DNA from: Microbotryum violaceum
Taxonomy: Eukaryota
Assembly: GCA_001244265.2 (NCBI GenBank)
Contig: CDLV01000015.1
Location: 310,001 to 374,000, forward strand
Length of the DNA stretch: 64,000 nucleotides
Reading direction: 5' to 3'
Under the pieces are notes generated by a model. It searched no databases. It had not been told where the DNA came from and worked only from the letters and a program-made list of their open reading frames with translations. Position numbers and translations under genes: made by a program. Shown in pieces: positions 36,338-49,455 of the stretch. How positions within the stretch are numbered: position 1 is the first letter of the stretch; every line of letters starts with the position of its first letter.

Positions 36338-39300
36338 ATGTCGCGTTCAATAGGTTCGACCTCTCATCTAATCTACTCGCCATCTCGCCCCTTCTCGAAC
36401 CCAAGTCAACCCAATTCCCCCGCCTTAGCGTCGTCGTCGTCGTACCCATCCCGAACTCAAGACACCGCCCGAGAGCGTGATTCGGACGATGAGGAGGATG
36501 ATGAAGAAGCATGGGACGAGGTGGACGTGATGGCGGATACTTCAGTGACGGCTTTGAATACCGCGAATGCGAAGAATAAAGAAGGCTTATCGATTGTGAT
36601 TGGTAAGATGGATAAGAAGAAGGGAAAAGGAAAGGCGTGAGTCAGCTCGTTCGTTTCACTAGTCACGATGGAAGGGGCAAGGGGCAAGGCTCAGAGACGG
36701 GACAAGACGTGTGCGCAGCGCTCGTGATGGCTGATGAAGGTTTTGAGGAGTTCGAGCAGTAAAGCCGATGGGTCTACGACGAGGGAAAGAATGGTTCGTC
36801 AACAACGTCACAAGGCTCACGCCGCTTGTCATCTCGCCTTGGGCATGATTCGCAACCGTCAGATCAACGACAAGCTGCTGCAGGTCCGTCGATCAGGGTG
36901 TGCTACTACCCCATTCAATGAACGAGGAGCTGACGCGACTTGCAACAGGCACGACTGATGAGCATCACGCCCTTGCACCTTCAAAATGCCTTCTTCAGCT
37001 TCAGCAAAGCGACCCATCCGAACGAACGAGATCGGATACGGCTCTTTGATGCGGCGCTCAAGGATTTGCTCGACTGGTGGGATCAATACTTTGAGATTAA
37101 CGACCACGCCGGCGTGCGTCGAAGACCGGTCACCGAGGTCGAGGACGAACTCAAGAGGTGGGCGATGAACACGAAGAAATCGGTCGACGAAGTGGCGCAG
37201 ACTTATCCGTGGGAGGACCTCACCTCCGATGACGACATCATCATCGTCGAACCCCCTTCGAACGCCAAAGGTCAGAGCAAAACCTCGTCGTCGTCATTCA
37301 AAAAGAAGAAGAAGAAACCAGCTCCGAAAGAGCTAGCGAGAAAGTGGGGGGCGGCATCGGAGAAGACATGGGAAATTGTCAATGGGCCTCACTCGCTTGC
37401 CAAGTATGCTCTGCTTCGACGAGGATCGAGGGACGTCTCGGCCCAACTCTTCACGTGCCTTTGTCGCGCCCTTGATATCCCGAGCCGGCTCATCTTCAGT
37501 CTTCAGCCTGTCGATTGGCGTGCACCCTCAGCCAGCGTCAAGCGTAAGGTACGTGGGACGGTGACAGATGACGCTGGCACGACCGACAGCGAAGCAGGGA
37601 CGATCGCTCGGCGGTTCAAAGGTAAAGCCAAGTCGCAGAGCCGTCGATCGAGCGCGGCCAATTCGGGCACATCGGGACACGAAGACGACAGTGGGACCGA
37701 TGGGTGGGAGGATGGTCAGGGCCGACTGACGTACAAGCCTCCAAAAGTCAACCTTCGTCGATCCAAGCCGGCTCAAAGGGTTCAGTCCGGCCAAGCGCTC
37801 GACGACGATCCGGCTCGACCACCGGTGTTCTGGACTGAAGTTTGGAGTCGCTACACCCGGCAATGGATTACAGTTGATCCGATTCGGCGCAAGATGCGAT
37901 GCAAGTCCATCATGGAGCCCGCGAGATCGTCGGTCGAGAATCAACTCGCGTACGTTGTCGCCTACGAAGAGGACAACACGGCGCGGGATGTGACACCACG
38001 GTACGCCAAGAGCTTCAATAACTACACGACCAAGGTTCGAAGCCCTTCCAAACGAGGCTCGGACTGGTTTGCTGCCTTGATTATGCTATTCGAACGCACG
38101 TACCAACTCAATCGAGATCGGGAAGAGCAGAAGGAATTGTGGGATCGCATCGCCAACGAGCCGTTTCCGACTTCGGTCGGTGGGTTCAAGAGCCACCCTA
38201 ATTATGTGCTCGAACAGCATCTCCATCGCGATCAAGTCATACGACCCGGGGTCAAGCCGTTGGGTCTGTTCAAGGCGACCGAACCCGTGTATCCTCGATC
38301 GGCCGTAGTTGAGCTCAAAAGCAAGGAGAACTACTGGCGCATGGGACGGGTGGTCCGAGACGCTGAGATCCCTTGGAAGTTCGTCAAGTCCCGGACGGTG
38401 ACGATCAATCGCAAGCGAGCCGAAGCCGTGGCTCAGATGGACGGCGGTGAAGCCAAACAACAACCTCTTTACGCTCCCGAACAGACCAAGATCTACGTCC
38501 CTGATCCTGTCGTGGACGGCAAGGTTCCCAAAAACGATTTCGGCAACATTGACCTCTACGTCCCCTCGATGCTTCCCGATGGTGCTGTGCATCTGACGAG
38601 CAAGCAAGCGGCCAAGTGTGCCAAGACGTTGGGGTTCGACTATGCCGAGGCGATTGTGGGGTTCGAGTTTCGGCAGCGCCGCGCGAATCCTATCATCAAT
38701 GGTGTGGTCGTCGCGCAGGAAAATGCTGATATTCTAATTCAGGTAAGGCTTTTTCAAATAGATGAAATTGATGGGCAGGTACTGACAATGAGTGTACACT
38801 CTCAGGCCGTGATGGACAGTGAGGAAGCGGCGGACGAGAAGGAGTTTGCCAAGATGCAGGACCGGTGCCTCAAACGATGGAAGAAGCTCATCCTTGGCTT
38901 GCGCATCCGTCAACGCTTGCAAGCCGCTTACCATGACAAACCCGTCAAAGTACCTGCTGTAAAGACTATCAAGAACAAGCCTGATGAAGCGACGAAGGCA
39001 CCTGCTACAAAGAAGACCGCCACACGTGAATCTTCTCCGCCGCGAAAGAGGGTTGCGATCGCCAAATCGACTCCTACGCCTCGCGCGACTCGAGCGAGCA
39101 AAATGATGCCTGCTGCAGCGGAGGATCAACCTTCATCCGGATTTAAACACTCCTCGACCGGTCGTACGCTTCAACTCACTCATTCGGCATCGAAAAACCC
39201 GTCCCAACGCACGACTCGCGCTCAAACTGCCAATAATGGAAGTCTCAAATCGTCCCCGCCTGCTCAAGCACCAGTAGTGACGGTCGCGACTCCGACGGTG

Positions 39301-39351
39301 GATAGTGGTAGCGAATCGGATGTTTCTAGCCTCGAATACGAAAGTGATTGA
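36338..39351 (+). CDS. RAD4: DNA repair protein Rad4/XPC
   Basis: GSRDVSAQLFTCLCRAL, PVFWTEVW, YVVAYE..RDVTPRY, FKSHPNYVLEQHL, VPKNDFGNID (BHD domains). Confidence 0.95.
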
Positions 39352-39579
39352 GTTGCGGATTGAGTGTGCTAGTGAAGCTTGGTGATGTTGTTGTAATCTC
39401 GCACGCCTCGAGCCTTTTCATTTTGAGCACTTGTGATTGAATCGTTGAGGACACGATTGAGCTCGGACCACTTTCGGACTGAAACCTCGTCGTCGCGTTA
39501 TCCTCGGCGGGTGGGCCCGGGAAGCTCTTGGCTCGTTGACCTCTCCCCTACGTCTCGCGGGACAAACAATTCGTGCGAG

Positions 39580-41310
39580 ATGGTCTCGCAAGATGTCTGG
39601 GTCGTATTAGGAGGGATCGTTTCGTCGGTCTACCTCTATCGTCGTTCCCTCGCTACCAAATACCCCACCCTTCAACTCGAAGCCGTAAGCGCTCCACCTT
39701 GATCGCAAAATGACCCTTACACACCTTTGACCAAAAGTCCACTTTGATCCCCCCCCCCCCCAGATCCTTCTCTACCCTATCAAGTCCCTTCCACCTATTC
39801 AAGTCAGCCAAGCGACTTTGGCAGAAAGGGGTTTGCAAGGCGATCGCACGTTCATGCTCGTTTCTCCAAAGAAGTCCAAAACGAAGGCCGGGGATGGGAA
39901 TGGTGATGGTGATGGGAATGATTTAGGGAAGGGAGAAGAGGATGAGTGGTTCGGGCATTATATTTCGGATAGACCAAAGGTGAGTGGGTGGATGGCTCTA
40001 TTTTGGTGGGGGTTTGTAGCTGGGTGAAGGAAAAGCTGATGTCCGAAGGGTGTGGTGATAGAACGCCCTCTTGATCCCCACCCTCTCATCGGACCATTCC
40101 TTAACCATCACCGCCCCAAACGGTGCTCAATACACAACACCCCTTTTACCCAACTTTACGACCGAAAATCGTCGTATCAAGATCACGATGCATTCCTCTT
40201 CAGCGGAAACGATCGACCTGGGGGACGAAGCGAGTCGATTCTTCACCGAGGCTTGTGGGACGGTAGGTGAGGAGGTTAGATTGGTGTATATGGTGCCGAA
40301 GGAGAGGAGGGAGGTGTTGGGATCGAGGGGGGGGGGGATTTTGATCGGTGAGATTAGGAATGGACCCCGAGGGGCGAAGAATATGGTGTGAGCTAACAAG
40401 TTTTCCATCTTTGTGAATTCTGGTCCCGAGTAGAGGTCTCGCTTTCCAAGATTGGTAAATTACCCCCACCCTATTCGCAGTCGCACGAAGATCCGAACTC
40501 AACCCACCCTTCACCACCTTCCAGTGCCTCGTACATGATCGCTTCCTCTGCCTCCCTAGAAGCCGTCCGTTCCCAACTCAACGAACCCCTATCCATCATC
40601 CCCTTCCGACCAACGTTCTTGGTCTCCCCCCAAAGAGGACGTTCTCTTGCTCCTTGGGTAGAGGATTGGTGGGCTGAATTACGGATAGCTGAAAAAGGTG
40701 ATTTAAAAAACTGCTTTGGTATGGGGTTGTGATTGGTGGGAGGACGTTCACGTCTAAAAGTGGGTCGTTTAACTTTTGTATGCAGTTTCGATTCGCCTGA
40801 CTTCGAATTGCGTGAGATGCGTTTCCCTCAACATCGACTACGCGAAAGGTGATTTCAAGACAGGATCTAACTTACCTTTCAAGTAAGTCATCGCCTGTCC
40901 AGAAGACTATTCAACTTTCGTACGAACGGGTTGGGCCACTGCAGGAGATTTTTTTTTTAATACGACGTGATTTGTCCCCGGGACGAACGCAGGGTCTTGA
41001 CCAAGACTAGGTTGGTCGATCCGGGTCAACCTTTTAGTCCGGTATTTGTGAGTGAAGTCTGACTTTAATTCGGAGGGAGCTATCTCGGGAGGAAGAATAT
41101 AATGTACGGTTTTTTGATTCCAAAAACAGGGTCGTTATGGTTTCTCGCAGAACGTTGGTCAGTGTCGAGACGAGGCGGCATGATCGTGGGCCCAGTAGGG
41201 AGACTGACCATGGCTCTCTTCTGTCTGCAGGTGAGACCATCTCGGTTGGAGATGTCGTCAGGGTCACAAAGTTGAACAAGTCCAGAACTGTTTTCGATTG
41301 GCCGTTGTAG
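39580..41310 (+). CDS. MOSC-domain protein (mARC-like) with N-terminal membrane anchor
   Basis: LYPIKS, GLQGDRTFML, LAFQD, SSASL, PFRPTFLV, WVEDWWAEL, CVRCVSLNID, ISVGDVV. Confidence 0.8.
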
Positions 41311-41775
41311 AAGTTGTACTTGATGTAGTGCCAACCCCTCTTGACGAGGTTTGAGCCAAAGTTCTCCCGCATGAACAAGAATGGAGAGCCGAGGTTTTTT
41401 GTGTTTGGAAAGCGCATTTTGCTGATTCTAGGTTGCAAGCTGAGCATCCGTCGATCCAAAGACTACTTAGACAATGAAAGTAACTCTAAATCATGATCGA
41501 CCCCCAGACTCGTTCCCCTGGTCTTCTCATCCACCGTCGATCTTCGAATCACGAAAAAACCGATCCTCCTCTCGCGATTACACCACCATCTTTCTCCACC
41601 TCTCCCCAATGTCGTCAATGAAAGAAACACATAAAACAGAAAGTTGAAACACGAGAACGCATGCAGGTCCCGACCAAGAAAGGAGACGGTCTCCCTCTCG
41701 ACGCCGAGTTTTGTTGTAATCGAGAAAGCCTCGCCTGATGTTGATTGTTTTGCGTGCGGAGCCAACTTGTGTTGT

Positions 41776-42679
41776 TTAGTTTCGGTTGATGTTCTTGGCC
41801 TTCTTGGCGACGGCGGCGGACTCCTTCCTCTCGGCCAAACGCTTGGCCAAGATCTGCTTGTACTCCTCGACCTGAACCTTCTGCTGCTCCGTCTTTCGGC
41901 GCTTGAGCGAGCGCTGGTGGCGACGTCGTTGCAGGCGTTCGGGGGTGACGAGGCGTTGAATCTTGGGCGCCTTGGTGTAAGGCTTGGCGCCTTCCTTCTT
42001 AGGGACGACCTCGCGGCGGATGACGAACTTGCGCACGTCGTCGGTCTTTTCGAGGTTGAAGAAGCGGCGGATCTTGGTCGCGCGCTTGGGACCGAGTCGT
42101 TTGGGGAGCACGGTGTCGGTCAAGCCGGGGATGTCGGACTCGCCCTGCTTGACGACGACCAAGGCCAAGGCGCGGATGTCGGCACCGACGATGCAGCCTC
42201 GGACGGACTTGCGCTTGCGCTCACCCGTCTTGCGCGGGCGGTAGCACGAGTGGCCCTCGGAAAGCAAGAGCTTGACTCGGTGGGGGACGAGCACACCCTG
42301 CTTCATCGGGAAACCTTGTTTCTGTGTGAAACGAGCGGTGAATGATATGATCAGTTCGTCGGGTTCTAGGTTTGATGCGGTGTGTGTGTGTGTGCAATGT
42401 ACGTCGTTACCACCGGTGATGCGGACGACGTAGCCCTTGAACTCGTCTCCGAGCGAGTCGATGGCGACCTCCTGAGCCATGCGCTTCTCGTAAAAGATGC
42501 GGCTGTGATGGGAGAAAAAAGTGTTGCATCAGCTTTGGCGTTTGATGAGGGGCAGTAAGAGGGCTGAGCTGCGAGGTGGGTGGTGGGTGGTGCGGCGTGC
42601 GAACTTACACCTTGCGCTCGTCATCGATCTCGATCGTCTTTTGTTGTCCCGTAGCCGGGTTGGCGAAGTTGAGCTTCAT
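41776..42679 (-). CDS. RPS6: 40S ribosomal protein S6 (eS6)
   Basis: [23 protein letters not shown] / ...GFPMKQGVL...[11 protein letters not shown]...[10 protein letters not shown]. Confidence 0.98.
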
Positions 42680-44129
42680 CTGTGCGGGGTGCAATGCAAT
42701 GTAGAGTGGGGGGGGGGGTGAAGGCGAGCGGTGTGAGAGCGATCAAGTGCGCGAGGCGTGGCGGTAAGGGACAGGCGTCAGGCGAAGGTCGTGCCGGGCG
42801 TGGGCGTGGGCGTGGGCGTGGGCGACGCAAAAAGTATGGGCCAGAGCGACAAGCCGGCAACGAGCGAGCGACACCGGACCAATAAAGACAGCAAAACAAC
42901 GTCAGCTCATCTGATCTTTTACTACACCATGTGTGCTTTCTGTATCGAATCTGTCCCCTTCTTCCACACCAGCTTCCTCTCTGTCTCCGCAATCGGACCG
43001 GCTACAGCATGCAACGTCGGTCGTGTGTAGCGTGAGCGTGCTCGTCTCCCGCCGTCGCGGCGACTCGCCCAAGAGCCCTGAGAGCCTCCGCCATCCTCCT
43101 CTCCTCCCTACATCCTCCGTGTCAATGGTCGAGTGGGCCGAGTCGTAGCTTGTGAGGAACTGGAAACCCACGGCGACGATAGAGACAATACGCCTTCGAG
43201 CAGTTTATGGGGGGCAGGGCTTACGATGTGCGAATGTGGGCTTTGCGAAAAGGAAACGGGCCCTCCCTCGAGGCGCGACTACCCACAGCGCTCGCCTCCG
43301 CCTGGTCAAAATCGGTTGGCTTGGCTAAAAAGCGCGCGAATTCGCTCACGCTCGCGCTGGCTCAGGTCTCGCAGGGAAAAAAATGCTTCTGTCCCGCTCT
43401 GTCCTCTGTCGCGCATTGGCTCGAGCTGCGGCTTTCGCTCCCTCTCTCGTCGTCTCATTCTCAGTCCTACGCCCTCCCCCCCCCCCTCAAGAGGTTGGTC
43501 AAAGTCCCCATGCTTGCCATCACTCGAATCGAACGCATAAGACCTCTTCTTATCGTGCCCGCTCTCTTTCTCTTTTGAGGAAGAGTTCACACCTGCGTTT
43601 GAACGCGTGGTGAATGTCGACGACGACAGAGCGCGAGCTCCAGCCAAACGCATCTCCCAGCCTTGAGTCCGCACTGGCGGAAAGGCACAGCGCCAGCCCA
43701 TCCCACCTACACCACCTTCACCGTTCACCTCCTACGACGAGCTCATCCCATGTGCAATGATGTCGCAAGGAATCAGGGATGTATAGCAGGATGGGTCGTT
43801 GGGGAGCTCCCGCCGTCGTCTGGTCTCATCACGCCGTTTCTCGTGTGGGCGGTCGTTGTCGTGCCCTGTCTCCTCGTTGGGACTGGCTAGCAGCGATTCA
43901 GCACTGGGGCCGCGTTCGACAAGAGCAGCGCAAGCTTGCTTCTTTCCTTTCTGGCTTTCCAGGCGCTGATTTGCTATGCGAGATCTACTTTTGTGTCAAC
44001 TTGGTCCTTTTTTCCATATAGATCGTGAGTTGACACTATCCGTCGTTCCCTTTCTCGCTCGCGCGCTGAGCCTCATCGTTACGCTCTTACAGTTAACCCC
44101 TTCTCCGACCACCACCACCTAAATTCAAA

Positions 44130-44663
44130 ATGGGACGTATGCACAACCCCCACAAGGGTCTGGCCGGTTCGGCGTTGCCTTACAAGCGCTCCGCGCCCAA
44201 ATGGCTCAAGTTCACCGCCGACGAGATCCAAGACCACATCTTCAAGCTCGCTCGCAAAGGTCTGACCCCTTCGCAAATCGGTGTTGTCCTGCGTGACTCG
44301 CACGGTGTGGCCCAAGTCAAATCCGTGACCGGTAACAAGATCCTTCGTATCCTCAAGACGAACGGTCTCGCTCCTCAGATCCCCGAGGATCTTTACCACT
44401 TGATCAAGAAGGCCGTTTCCGTGCGCAAGCACTTGGAGAGGAACCGTCACGACAAGGACTCCAAGTTCCGTTTGATCTTGATCGAGTCGAGGATCCACCG
44501 TTTGGCGAGGTACTACCGAACCAAGGCCCAGTTGCCGCCTAACTTCAGTACGTTTTGAACTAACCACAGCGCGCGCGGGAAAGACAATTTTACCGTTCAA
44601 CTGATCGCATTGCGTGTTCGTACAGAGTTCGAGGCCGCCACCGCTTCGACCTTGATCGCTTAA
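44130..44663 (+). CDS. RPS13: 40S ribosomal protein S13 (uS15)
   Basis: [20 protein letters not shown]...[18 protein letters not shown]; last exon ...ATASTLIA*. Confidence 0.98.
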
Positions 44664-45050
44664 GCGACTCGTTCGATTCGAACACCCCCCAAAAAGCCCC
44701 TTCCGTTCGCTCGAAGGGTGTAGGAAAGGACCACGGGAATGCGTTCTGTCTCTGTCTCCTGTTGCGCGGATCTTTCTTTTCGGAACAAAGACATAAGGTG
44801 CAATTTCATATTTTCGAAAAAGCAGAGCAGTCTTTTCCCCTCCATGCTTTGTTCAAGAAGCACGTTCCATCGTGTTGAACGCGCTCGCTCGTCGTACAAG
44901 TGGGCATCCAAAGTTATCTCACTGGAAAAAATCTATTCGCACCTCCCAAAGTAAACAAATCCAAAAAAAAAAACCAAGATTACTTGCCAGACCAAGGTAA
45001 TCCCCAACCGGGCTCCCTCCCCCCCCCCTCTCTCCCCGCTCCCTGAACCC

Positions 45051-46381
45051 TTACCCCTCCAAACATTCGCTCAACAAAGCTTGCAAATCGTTCTCCAACA
45101 ACCGTTTATGAACCACCCCTTGAGAATCTACCCATTCCCTGAACGATTTGGTCAAAGTTTTTTCGAAAGAACGAATTAACGACTTGCCGTTATTGGAAGT
45201 ATGAATGTAGGAAAGGTGAAGAGTGTAGAGAGGGTAATCGTCGGCGGCGGCGGTGGGGTTTGTTTGGGTTTTAGTTTTGGTCCAATGGGAGAAGGGAAAG
45301 TTGTAAGGTTCTTGAGGGATCGAACGGGCAGTAGAGGAGAGGGATATCGTTTCGGTAGAGATCTGTGCGTGTGTACGGGGTACGGGGTCCGGGGTACGGT
45401 TTCGGGATTGGGGATGGATGAGTGAGGGGAACGTGTAGGAAAGGATGAGAAAAAAAGGGTTCTCTGTAGGAGTGGTGGAGAGGGGGAAAAACTTACTCTG
45501 GAAGCAAAGGTCCTTCGTTTGCCTTGAAAGATGGTTTGCTTCTCGACGTAGGTGACGTAAAGCCAGTACAACGTATTGAGGATGGAATAACTAGATCACC
45601 GAAATCAATTCATCAGCTGACCAGCTTAGGCTCCCTTTACAAGTTTGACAAGAGAACGTACACGATGACGCCGATCGTGGACCCAAACTTGGACTGGTGG
45701 AACTCGACGACGTAACCGTAATAACCCGTAATGGCGGACACGATTACGGCTGACCAACCGAGGATGAGACGCACGTCTTCGTGGATATGGGAAGGGGTGA
45801 AATGGGAGGGTCGGCTGAAGAACTGGTGTGGCGATGAAAGGGAGCGCACGGAATAGGAGAGTGGGGGGTTAGTTAGTTCGGGACGCTCGTCGCGGGAGGG
45901 CACCCCATGCCACGTCACCCATGCTACTCTGATGATGATGATGCGGAGGAACTGAGCTGACCTCTTTGACGAGGTCATCGACGGCCAATTTGAGTTCGGT
46001 CAAGGAGGCTTTGTTAACTTTGATGGGTGCAGCAGCGGAAGCAGACACGGCCTTGTCCTCCTCCTCGTCGTCCTCGTCGTCCTCGTCGTCGTTGTCGTCG
46101 TTCGTGGAAGGCTGCTTCTCATCGTCTGGGTCGGGAAGAGTGGTGGCTTTCATCTTGGGCGAACTTGCGGCTGGTCATTCGAACAGCGGGGGAAATCGGT
46201 CAGTTTGGTTCGTGGGAGGATGAAGGCTGACGTCCGTAAGCGGCCGAGAGTTGTAGGTTCTTTGCTCACGTGTTACAGCAGCCGCAGCCGCAGCCGCAGC
46301 GGCGACGTCCTTTTTGTCCTTGGCCGCAGACGACGGTGTCGCAGGTGCGGCGTGGGCGGATTTGCTCTTCTTGTTGGCCAT
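45051..46381 (-). CDS. SPC2: Signal peptidase complex subunit 2 (SPC2/SPC25)
   Basis: KVNKASLTELKLAVDD, SHIHEDVRLILGWSAV, two TM segments, YPLYTLHLSY, FREWVDSQG. Confidence 0.8.
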
Positions 46382-46619
46382 GATCTGGCGACCTTTGGAG
46401 CTGGGGGCTGGGTGAGTGAGAGAGGTATGAGGATGAGCGCAGACGGGAGGGGAGGGTTTCAGGAACACGACAGGCAGCGCGAGGCTGTTCAAATCGAGTG
46501 GGGAGCCTCGTGTTCGGTTTCAGACTTTTCCTCTGGCACCCACTTGATCGTGGAGACACCCACCCGCGCAATCGACAATGACAGCATCCATCCACATCAG
46601 CACATCACCCTCCACACAC

Positions 46620-46664
46620 TGACCACATGACCACATGACCACATGACCACATGACCACATGACC
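46620..46664. repeat. (TGACCACA)5.5 microsatellite just upstream of ATG 46671
   Basis: Read directly from the sequence. Confidence 0.95.
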
Positions 46665-46670
46665 TAAAAC

Positions 46671-48580
46671 ATGACGATTCCCGCACCGACCCCGTTCGGG
46701 CCCTTACCGACCGAGCTCGAGCACCTGCACTCGACCTTTGGCTACAAGTTCGATCCGCACCTCTACCTCCATCTACGTCTCGCCTTGGCCTCTGGAGCAT
46801 CGCACCTCTTGGTTCGACTGAGTTCGACCACTTTGGATCAGCACGAACGCGCAGAGGCGGTCGCCGCGCTGGTTGCCCAAGTCGATTGGGTCAGTTGCAG
46901 AGTGGCGAGCAGAGTGGCATGCCATCCGCTAACTCGGTGTGTCGTTCTCATCAGATCTGTCGCACCCTCTACGGCCTTGAAACAAACGCAGTGCAATGCC
47001 CGCGCCACCCCACCTCGGCCAACGCGTTCCTCAGATCATGGCTCGTTCCCGATCCGAACCATACCGCCTTCGTGCCCGATTCAGCTTCAACGAGATTCAC
47101 TCCACGTCTTGCCACCGTGCCATCGACATCTCGAGCTGTCTCACCATCTACGAACCCCAATCCTGCTTTGGCGAACCCCAGTCGATCGATGAGCCAACCG
47201 AGATCGCCTCTCGTCGGCCTCGATATCGACATTGAGCGCAACGCCTCCTCATCCCTCCTGCATGGGCTAGCCGAGTCGGGTAAACCTTCGATCCTAACCG
47301 GCTCAACTTCTCGCTCCACCTCGCACGAACTTCGACCGGACCCCCAAACACAAACCAGCCTCGACCTGACCCCGCGCCCGACCCACTCCCCGACCCCCGA
47401 TCACTCGGGCCTTGCCACCCCCATGACGACTTCAGCAGTCCAGTGGGGTCCCACCTCCCCCACCATCTCCTCCCCAACCTTTGTTCAACGTTCCAAACTC
47501 GATCTTTTGCATCTAAACAGTCCAACCCTGACTCGACAAAGACGATCAACCATCACCGTTCGATCATCGAGTTCTCTCCCCCTTTCATCGAGACGACTTC
47601 CCCAAGTCGTCATTCTCGAACGAATGGATAGGACATCTCCCAGGACGCAACAGGGGATACTCAAGACGTTGAGGGAGCGAAGGATCACACTTGATCGGCC
47701 GGTGAATACTTCGTCGGGACTTGGTCTAGGGAGGGACCCAAATTCGACCGGCACACCGACGTCCACAACCACGACTACCACCACCACGGCGATGGGGTCG
47801 GGATCGGGAGCGGGAACGTTGAATGGTTTCTTGAGGTCGAGGAGGGCTAGTGAGGAGGTGCAGAGTGGAGAGCATCGGAAGGAGGATGTTGATTGGGTCT
47901 TGCCGGAGGGGTTCTTGTGCATTGCGATTGTGCTTGAGGAGGGAAATCGTGGGGACTGGGGTGGACTGGATCGATACCTCGTGAGTCTGAAGCGGAAGCG
48001 GGGCGAGGGACTTGTAGCGCGAGACACAGTGAGCTTGAAGCTGATGCAAAGAACCTCTCTTCGAAAGCTCGACCAATTCGCCCTCTCCCTAACGATCCAT
48101 CCAGACACCTACGACTTCCGACACCCACCCACGCACCTCTCGCACCCCCTCTCGAACCCACCCATTTCATCCCTTCCTTTCCCCTCCACGATCCTACCCT
48201 CGACATTTTCCGACGCTCTAATCAACTACCAAAACGACCTCATCTCAACCCTTCGTCACCACCCCCAGTTGGACGGACGGTTCCTCACCGCTCGCGCAAG
48301 TAAAGATCTCACCACCATTCTCAAAACTTCCATCGTCCTACGTCAAGGTCATTCTGTCACCCCAAACCAAAATGAAGAACGCTCACCTCCGAATCCAATA
48401 GTCTTGCCGAATAATGTCATTCACGTCTTGTTACCCGTCCTTGGGCATAGGTTGAGGATTAGGAATGCGAAGGATGAGAAGAGTGTATTTTGGGGGAGTG
48501 AGATTGGCGCTTTGGAGAGGAGACGGGCCAGAGAAGGGGGCGTCGAGAGTGTTATTAGGAAGGTGACGGAGGAGGTGTAA
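46671..48580 (+). CDS. Hypothetical protein with a possible degenerate AAA/AAA-lid C-terminus (MTC2-like?)
   Basis: Long spliced ORF; LPQVVILE, LDQFALS, LRHHP..LTARA, LLPVLGHRLRIR; family call tentative. Confidence 0.6.
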
Positions 48581-49455
48581 GGGGGTGTAGAGGGTGTAGA
48601 GGGGTTAGAGGCGGTAGAGGGTTTTACTACGGACTGGTATTGACGGAGGAGCGTTGTACATGCATTGTAGTGAAATCGTTCTTGTTGTACAATTTATAAT
48701 CCGTGTAACAACAGGTATATAATTTGACGTAACAACATGCATCGCTCCCATCAAGCACTTGTTGTGTTGCATCTATTTCCTCTCCCTATGACAGCGGAGC
48801 AGAAAAGGCGCTCTCAACCGCTGACTAAGCCGACTTCGAAAATAGCGCACCCGGCAACCGGTTCGTTCGCCCGCTCAATTTGTTAAAAAGACCCCGGCGG
48901 GACGATGAAAGCCCCTTTCGGCTCCTCCAATGATTCCAATCCCTTTGGCCCCTGGTCCCTTGTGCGCAATTTGTACTCCTATATGACATCACCCTTTGGG
49001 TATGATAGATCGGGAGGTCGGGACGGTCCAAATAACAGCGAAAACCGCTCATCGCAAGCCTGTTGAACAAAGCCGATGGCTTGGACATTCATCGAATCTG
49101 GTCCCTATTCCCTCGGCGTCCGACTCCCGTCCTCGTCTTCGTTCGCATCTCCGGTGCTACATGCTGTACCACACTTGGGCACAGCAGATATGAACGGGAG
49201 GCATTGATCCCTTTAAGTGAATTTGCCAAGCCTTGCTGAACACCGGTTTTTCCCGATGCGGTGAGATGAGAATGGGAGCGCCGAGGGCTAGGCTAGGGGA
49301 AGAGGTCTTTCACCTTCCGAGTTCCTCCCCTCCCTTCCTTCGTCCTTCCTCTTCGCCTGCCCCGTCACCCTTTTGGTCTCTCGATACACATATTGTCACA
49401 GCTTAGTACATCTCTCACTAGTCTACAGCACGTCTCTCCTCCACTCGATCCCACC

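Noticed and set aside
41644-42345. Long antisense ORFs over RPS6, RPS13 and other genes
   Set aside because: Shadow ORFs expected from biased codon usage in GC-rich coding strands
48581-48622. Telomere-like GGGTGTAGA/GGGGTTAGA repeats
   Set aside because: Short, degenerate 9-mers in a G-rich 3' UTR, not TTAGGG arrays
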